A DNA stretch of 64,000 nucleotides, taken from the NCBI RefSeq assembly GCF_009914755.1, contig NC_060928.1; one strand, 5' to 3'. Shown in pieces: positions 56,278 to 64,000 of the stretch. Position 1 is the stretch's first letter, and each line of letters starts with the position of its first letter. This stretch comes from the human T2T-CHM13v2.0 reference genome, Homo sapiens. A program made the position numbers and the translations under genes. Under the pieces are notes generated by a model, which did not search any database, had not been told where the DNA came from, and saw only the letters and a list, made by a program, of their open reading frames with translations.

Positions 56278-57899
56278 AAGAAAACTACACTTCAATATGC
56301 CTGATGAACATAGATGCAAAAATCTTCAACAAAATACTAGCAAATCAAATCTAACAGCATATCAAAAAGATAATACAGCACAACCTAATGAATATTATAC
56401 CAGGGATGCAAGGATGGATCAACATACACTAATCAATAAATGTGGTTCACCACATAAATAATTAAAAACAAAAACCATATGATCATCACAATAGATGCAG
56501 AGAAAATATTTGATAAAATTTATACTTTTGTGATAGAAATTCTCTACAGACTAGGTACAGAAGGAACATACTTCAAACTAATAAAAGCCATATATGACAC
56601 ACTCACAGCCAACATAATACTGAATGGGGAAAAGTTGAAAGCATTCCTCCTGAGAACTAGAATAAGACAAGAAGGCTAACTTTCACCACTCCTATTCAAC
56701 AGAGTATTGGGAGTCCTAGCTAGAGTAATCAGGCAAGAGAAAGAAAGAAAAGGCATCCAAATTGGAAAAGAAAAAGGCAAATTATCCCTGTTTGCTGATG
56801 ATATGATGTTAAACCTAGAATACCCTAAAGACTCTTCTGAAAGATTCCTAGATGTGATAAATGATTTCAGGAAAGTGTCAGGATACAAAATTAATACACG
56901 AAATTAGTAGGGTTTCTATACAGCAATGAAAATCAAGCTGAAAATCAAATCAAGTCTTCACATTTACAATAGCTATGAGAAATAAAATACCTAAGAATGC
57001 ATTTAACCAAGTAGGTGAAAGATCTACAAGGGGAACTAAAACACTGTTGAAAGAAATCATCAATGACACAAACAAATGGGAAACTATCCTATGCTTATGG
57101 GTTGAAAGAATCAATATTTTTAAAATGACCACACTCCCCAAAGCAATCTACAGACTCAATGCAATTCCTGTCAAATTACAATCAGGCAACAAAATTTTTT
57201 TCACAGAATTTTTTTAAAAATCCTAAAATTATTATGGAAACACAAAAAGGCCAAATAGCCAAAGCGATCCTAAGCAAAAAGGATAAAGCTGGGAGCATCA
57301 CATTACCCAACTTCAAACTATACCACAAGTCAATAGCAACCAAAACAGCATGGTGCTGGTATAAAAACAGAATCATAGATCAATAGAACAGAATAGAGAA
57401 CCCAGAAATGAAAGCACATTCCTAAAATAAACTGGCCTTTGACAAAGCTGACAAAAACATACACTGTGGATAGCATACCCTATTTAAAGATTGGTTCTGG
57501 GAAAACTGTATACCCATATGCAGAAGAATGAAACTGTACCCCGTCTCTTGCCACATACAAAAATTAATTCAAGAGAAATTAATGATTTAAATGTAAGGCT
57601 TAAAATTATTAAAATCCTGGAAGAAAATGGTTTATTATGTAGGAAAACTCTTCTGGACATTGGCCTAGACAAAGAATTTATGACTAAGACCTAAAAGCAA
57701 ATATAACAAAAACAAAAATAGACAGAGACTTAATTAAAGTAAAAAGCCTCTGTACATAAAAAGAAATAATCAATAGAATAAACAGACAGCCCCCAGAATG
57801 GGATAAAATATTTGCAAACTATGCATCCAACAAAGGACTAATATCCAGAATCTACAAAGAACTTAATCAACCAAACAAAACCATAACAACAAATAACCC

Positions 57900-59308
57900 C
57901 ACCTGTAGGAACTATAAAAGCAAAAACAAAACAAACCCAAAATTACAGAAGAAAAGAAGTAATAATTATCAGGGCAGAACTAACCAAAATAAAGACAAAA
58001 GAAACAATATAAAAGAATCAACAAAAAAGTTGGTTCTTTAAAGAGATAAACAAATTAATGAACTGCTAGCTAAACTAACTAATAAAAGAAAAAGAGATGA
58101 CCCAAATAGACAAAATCAGAAATGAAAAAAGATAAATTACAAGTGATACCACAAAAATACAAAAGATCATAAGAGACTATTTTGAACAACTATATACTAA
58201 CAAACTAGAAAACCTAGAGGAAATGGATAAATTCCAGGAAATATACAACTTATCAAGACTGGATCAGGAAGAAATAGAAAATCTGAATAACCAATAACAA
58301 GTCATGATATTAAATTAGTAATAAAAAGTCTCTCAACAAAGAAAAGCCCAGGACCAGATGGATTTGCTGCTGAATTCTACCAAATGTATAAAGAAGAACT
58401 AATACTAATCTTCCTTAAATTATTCCAGGAAATATAAGAGGAAGGAATTCTCCTTAACTCGTTCAATGAAGCCAATATTACCCTGATGCCAAAACAAGAC
58501 AAAGATATAACAAAAAAACAAAACTACAGGCCACCATCCCTGTTGAACATAAATGTAAAAATTCTCAATAAAATACTAGCAAATCTTCACATGTACAATA
58601 GCTACAAAATATAAAATACCTAAGACTGTATTTAACCAGGGAGATGATATCTACAAGAAGAACTAAAAAACACCACTGAAAGAAATCATCAATGACACAA
58701 ACAAATGGGAAATTATCTTATGCTTATGGATTGGAAGAATTGATATTTTCAAAATGACCACACTGCCCAAAGCAATCTACAGACTCAATGCAATTCCTAT
58801 CAAATTACCAAAAATTTTTTTCACAGAATTAGAAAAAACAATTCTAAAATTAATATGGAAACAATAAAGGCCAAGTAGCCAAAGAAATCCTAAGCAAAAA
58901 GGACAAAGCTGGAAGCATCACATTACTCAACTTCAAACTATACCACAAGGCAATAGTAACCAAAACAGCATTGTATGTTCTCACTCATATGTGTGTGCTA
59001 AGAAAATTGATCTCATGAAGGTAGTAAGTACAATGGTGGTTACCAGAGACTCAGAAGGTATAATTTATAATCATAATATATTTATAATTTATATATAATA
59101 TTTATAATATATTTATAATTTATAATATATTTTAAATAGGTAGAAGAGAATATTTAGAATGTTCTCAACACAAAGAAATAATAAATATCTAAAGTGATTA
59201 ATATCCTAATTACCTGATTCAATCATTATATCTTGTATGCATATATTAAAATAGAACATGTACCCCTTAATTAAGTATGTACAACTATTATGTGCCAATA
59301 AAAAAAAA
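57900..59308 (+). mobile_element. continuation and L1MA-type 3' end of element A, with an embedded duplicate of element B (58584-58971)
   Basis: ORF2 resumes near the 50095 break; 3'UTR gatctcatgaaggtag...tggttaccagag...tattatgtgccaataaaaa. Confidence 0.75.
59059..59136. repeat. AT-rich degenerate tandem repeat (tataatatatt)
   Basis: direct. Confidence 0.8.
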
Positions 59309-60122
59309 ACACTTCTCAAAAGAAGACATTCATGGGGCCAACATTCATATGAAAAAAAGCTGAACATCACTGATCATTAGAGAAATGCAAATCAAAACCA
59401 CAATGAAATACCATCTCACATTAGTCACAATGGCTATTATAAAAAGTCAAAAAATAACAGGTGCTGGCAAGATTTTGGAGGAAAAGGAGCATTTATACCC
59501 TGTTGATGGGACCGTAAATTAGTTCTGCCATTGTGGAAAATAGTGTGGCAATTCCTCAAAGAACAAAAAACAGAAATACCATTTGACTCGGCAATCCCAT
59601 TACTGTGTATATACCCAAAGGAATATGAATCATTATATTATAAAGATGCATGGCTGCATATGTTCATTGCAACACTATTCACAATAGCAAACATGGAATC
59701 AACCTAAATGCCCATCAGTAACATACTGGACAAAGACAACTTGGTATATGCACCATGGAATACTATGCAGCCATAACAAAGAATGAGATCATGTCCTTTG
59801 CAGAAACATGGATGGAGCTGGAGGCCATTATCCTTAGCAAACTAATGCAGGAACAGAAAACCAAGTACTACATGTTTTCACTTCTAAGTGGGGGCTAAAT
59901 GATGAGAACACATGGGCAAATAGAGGGGAACAACACACACTGGGGCCTACTTGAGGCTGGAGGGTAGGAGGAAGGAGAGAATCAGGAAAAATAACAAGTA
60001 CTAGGCTTAATACCTGAGTAATGAAATAATCTGTTCAACAAACCCCCATGACATAAGTTTACCTATATAACAAACCTGCATATATGCCCCTGAACTTAAA
60101 AGCTTAAAAAAAACAGAAAAAA
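59309..60122 (+). mobile_element. L1 3' end (L1PA13-15-like)
   Basis: acttctcaaaagaagac...aatcaggaaaaataac...aaacccccatgac...ccctgaacttaaaa. Confidence 0.9.
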
Positions 60123-61301
60123 ATATATTTATAGTGAACCTGTAGGTACAGTTTTAACCCCATGACAACCAGAAGAATTAGTAATTGTCAAGATCTATAA
60201 ACTATTAAAAAGACAAAAAAGCTTAATTTAGTTTTAAATTAAAAATGTTTCTGTGAATAATAAACTAACAAATGCAGTAACCAAAGTTTAAGAAAGAATC
60301 TCAAAGATGAGAGAAGATTCTTTGCACACCAATCAGTTAAACATTTTTTAGCAGGCACAGTAACAGGCAATCTCTTTCCCTAAAATTATCCTTGAGAACT
60401 TGAGCTCTTTTAGGGTGCTTCTTGTGATGGTTTATGATGACATCAAATACAACAATTCTTATGCAATATGTTTCTGGGAAAATTCTACATTTTAATATTT
60501 TTTCTTATCTGATTTCTAAATAAAAGTAGTTTTCCAAATATAAAAATATTGAGAAAGTTTCAGGAAAATTCTGCTCAAAAGATCTGACAAAAAGGCTTAG
60601 AGGTTTTTATAGTTGTGAACATAAATCATGTTTTTTACTATGCCAAACCCTAATTAAATCATTTAAATCATTAGAGGAAAAAAATCCAGGCATTTTAACA
60701 TTTCTAGTTTCTTGGAAAGTATAATTCTAGTCACTAAAGCACTCTAATTTTGTAAGAAAGATAGTTAGGAAAAAAAAAAAGTATGAAATGTGGGTGTACT
60801 CTGGGCCTCTAGTTTTCAGCTAGCTTTGTCTTGTCTTTCTACCCTACAAAATTTTAAACACAGTCATGCTCTCCTCCAAAGTCAAAATGTTGTTAAGCAA
60901 GCTGGTAAATAATCTTACTAGGTTTATATTGGAATTACCTTTAACAAATGAAGTATTTCAGCAGAGATCTAGAAAAGAAAAAGTTGAGAAGAAAAAGGAA
61001 CAATTACTCTCCTCAACCAGTCCTTATTGAGTGTGTTCTATGGGCCCAGAACTGTGTTTCAAACTCTGAGGTTTGGCTTTATATTTTTTTTTTCAAAGAC
61101 CTGACAATCTCATTGATGAGACAATCACACCAATCTAAATTATTTAATAAATATTTACTAAATGCTATATCTCTGGTACTATTGCTAGTTGTAACAATGG
61201 GGATAAGACCACAAAGTCTGTATTGATATGGAACTTAAGTTTTATAAGGGAGCCATACCAAATAAACAAGTAAGCAAAAAATAAAATAATAGCAAGATCA
61301 T

Positions 61302-61661
61302 TGTCCTAGTTTGTTCAGGCTACTATAACCAAGTACCATAAACTAGGTGGCTTATAAGCAACAAAAATTTATTTCTTACAGTTCTGGAGGCTGAGATGTC
61401 CAAGATCGAGGTGCCAGGAGATTTGCTGTCCAATGAGGGCCCCTTTCCTTGTTCATGGATATGCCCTCTCACAGTGTCCTCACATGGTGGAAGAGTCTAG
61501 GGTCACTCTGGGACCTCTTTTATAAGAGCAGTAATCGATTCATGAAGGCTCTGCCCCTATGACATAATCTCCTCCCAAAGACCTCATCTCCTAATAATGT
61601 CACCTGAGGGTTAAGATTTCAACGTGAATTTTGAGGGTCTATAAACATTCAGTTCATTACA
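61302..61661 (-). mobile_element. MLT1A0-like MaLR LTR
   Basis: tgtcctagtttgttcaggctactataac...tttatttcttacagttctggaggctg...aaacattcag; TSD atcat/agcat. Confidence 0.88.
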
Positions 61662-62324
61662 AGCATCTACTTCAGATGTTTCAACAGGTAATCTATGGAA
61701 AACTTCTAGTGCAGGTCTTAGCAGATAATAAACACTTGGAAAACATTGGCATCTTTTTTTCTTTTTAAATTTTTCTTCTTAAAATTACGTAGTGTGTAAA
61801 CCTCTTCAAGGCATGCAAAACTGCAACAGGCATACTTGAAAGTTTACAGAGCTTCCCACAGCAAGCAAAGAGAACTGTGCATTTGTGCTTGTACTCAGAG
61901 CTTTCCTGAAAGTGTCCTTTGAGTGCTCTCATCGGCTTCGTTCTAGTATCCTCAAACAGCCTCAGCACACTCCACAATGCTGTACAAGCAATAGATATGT
62001 AATAAATGTTTGTCCGATTGAATCAAATGACAGTTACTTGAAAACAAGATCTAGTATGAGTTTCAGTGGTGTGAAAACATCAATAACAACATTAATGGGT
62101 TAAAGAATATAGGAGAGGTTAGCACAGGTTTGTTTGCTAGTGGAAATGCTCTAGTAGAAAGAGAAAGATTGATGATAGGAGAGTGATGAAAGATAAGCAA
62201 AGAAGTGGGCAAACAATTCCAGGAAATATATAACTGTCCAATGTTTCAATTTAGCAGCTTCACCCAACTACTTCTAGTTTAACCTTATCCATGGTTCTGG
62301 AATGCAATATTCCTATGATCCAGA

Positions 62325-62472
62325 GTATTAGGGTTCCCCAAAAAGACAGAACCAATAGGACATATACATATGTATGTATGTGTGTGTATATATCTATGTA
62401 TGTATATAAAGATATATGAAAGGACATTTATTATGGGAATCAGATCACACAATATAGAGGCTGAGATGTCCC
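62325..62472 (-). mobile_element. MLT2 (ERVL LTR) fragment
   Basis: gtattagggttcccc...acagaaccaatagga + (TA/TG)n + atttattatgggaat. Confidence 0.8.
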
Positions 62473-62640
62473 TCAAAAGGCCATTCATTCATATGATAGC
62501 TCCATTTTTCATGATAATCCTTTATTTTGATATAACAAAACATGACTGGTTCCTGTTCCTTACAACCCAAGAATACTGACTCCTAACCAAAAAATAATTC
62601 AGCAGTAAATTGTTTATTCAGGACTCCAAGTGCTCTAGTA

Positions 62641-62956
62641 CAGCATCACCCAATAAAGCCATAAAGTAAGCAACATATGTAATTTAAAAATTTTTAGAGA
62701 TATATTTTTAAAAGTAAGATGAAACTGTTGAAATTAACTTAAGAATATATTTTATTTAGGCCAATAAATTCAAAACATGATCACGTCAAGAAATCAATAT
62801 AAAAAATTAATGAGTTATTCTACAGTGTTCTTTTTCTACTAAGTCTTTGAAGTCCTGTGTGTATTTACACTTATAGCATATCTCAATTTGGATACATCAT
62901 ATCTAAAATATTCAATAGCCACATATGGACAGTAGCTGCCATATTGGGCAGGCTAG
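62641..62956 (+). mobile_element. MER33
   Basis: same layout as 11097 copy: catatgtaatttaaaa...ctaagtctttgaa...caatagccacat. Confidence 0.82.
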
Positions 62957-63252
62957 TTCCAGAAGCTCAAACAGGGGAGAGACAAATGCGCATATAATAA
63001 AATGGAGACCAGATGGGTTTGGCTTTGGCTATCTTTGTGAAAGCAGCATGAGAAGACGCAGAAAGATAATCTATTAGGGAGAGTGGAGAAACGGAGGATA
63101 GTTTTAGAATAAACTAATGAGAAGCATGAAGCACTCCACCAACTTAATCCAAATCTTTAGCCATTATCACAAAGAACATCGCTAGATAATCTCCAGTGTA
63201 GGTACACATCTTTCCCTGAAATGGATTTCAACTTCAAAAAGTGGAACAAACA

Positions 63253-63308
63253 TTAGGTTTTTGCAAATGTTAATTGCAAAAACTGTAATTACGTTTGCAC
63301 CAGCATAA
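63253..63308. mobile_element. MADE1 (Hsmar1 MITE), internally deleted
   Basis: ttaggtttttgcaaatgttaattgc-aaaaactgtaattacgtttgcaccagcataa palindromic TIR pair. Confidence 0.75.
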
Positions 63309-64000
63309 TATTTATCACCGTCAGTGAATTTAGAACCTCTCAAAACCTGTTATTTGCTCTTTTGCGAGACTTTTGTGTTCTTTCCAAGTTAGAGGCCAGT
63401 GATAATCTCTTTCATTGACTTAACCCAAGAACGCCCAGGAAAAGGAAATAGAGTTGTTCCCAATGTCATCATTTTTCTGAAAAAAAAGTTGCTATATTTC
63501 AGTCTCAAAATGAGAAGCATCTCTAATTAATATGCTTCCCCTCACCTGACTGTTTTGTGCGAATCCTCAGAATGTTTCTGAGGATCTGAATTTATTTACT
63601 GGAAACGGGTGGGTTTAATGAGCTAGCATTTATAAGGCCTTCTTTTCTCCCTCTTAGTTTTCCAGGAAATACAGGGTCTGCATGATGGAGTAGAGGTACA
63701 TAAAAAAAAAAAGTGCAGCATCTTGGGAAGTTTTGCTGCTGTTTGTACCTGGTCAACAGCCCAGTGATCAGGTGGTGTCAGGCCTCCACCCTCTAGTGAG
63801 CACATCACAGGCAGGAAGAGGAACATGTCTTAACTGTTTTTATCCTCCCAATGCAATATTTAGCATCTTCATTTATTAAGTAATCAATAAGAGTGGAGGG
63901 AGTGAATAAATAAATGAACAAATGCAGCTCTTCCCCCAGAAGAAAACAAGCTGCAACCTGGTATCTGAGTTTGCTATGGTCCTTTCCTCTGTGATGCTAA

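Noticed and set aside
63636-63700. plus-strand acceptor and short exon candidate
   Set aside because: Weak donor (gtacat) and no partner exons.

Overview
AT-rich human genomic DNA (a consensus-identical AluYa5 points to Homo sapiens), intronic or intergenic and dominated by transposon relics. No intact protein-coding gene is recognisable; the ORFs in the track are L1 ORF1/ORF2 fragments, hAT transposase fragments, Alu translations or noise. Notable structures: (1) a U6 snRNA/L1 chimeric retrogene (4270-9106, 9-bp TSD) whose 3'UTR holds a near full-length Charlie3 hAT transposon with TIRs and a perfect 8-bp TSD; (2) a minus-strand L1PB (13289-17420) that is 5'-complete, apparently spliced in its 5'UTR and cut off inside the RT domain, yet bounded by a 14-bp TSD; (3) an L1PA with 85 bp of foreign sequence inside its TSD; (4) an L1PA7-like insertion with an atypical fold-back inversion and a host deletion; (5) an interleaved L1 cluster with a local ~390-bp duplication; (6) candidate minus-strand exons in unique DNA at 20.7-37.8 kb, possibly a host transcript. 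Subfamily names come from recalled consensus sequences and need RepeatMasker/Dfam confirmation. I found no convincing wholly new biological system; the best leads are the unusual retrotransposition products and the exon chain.
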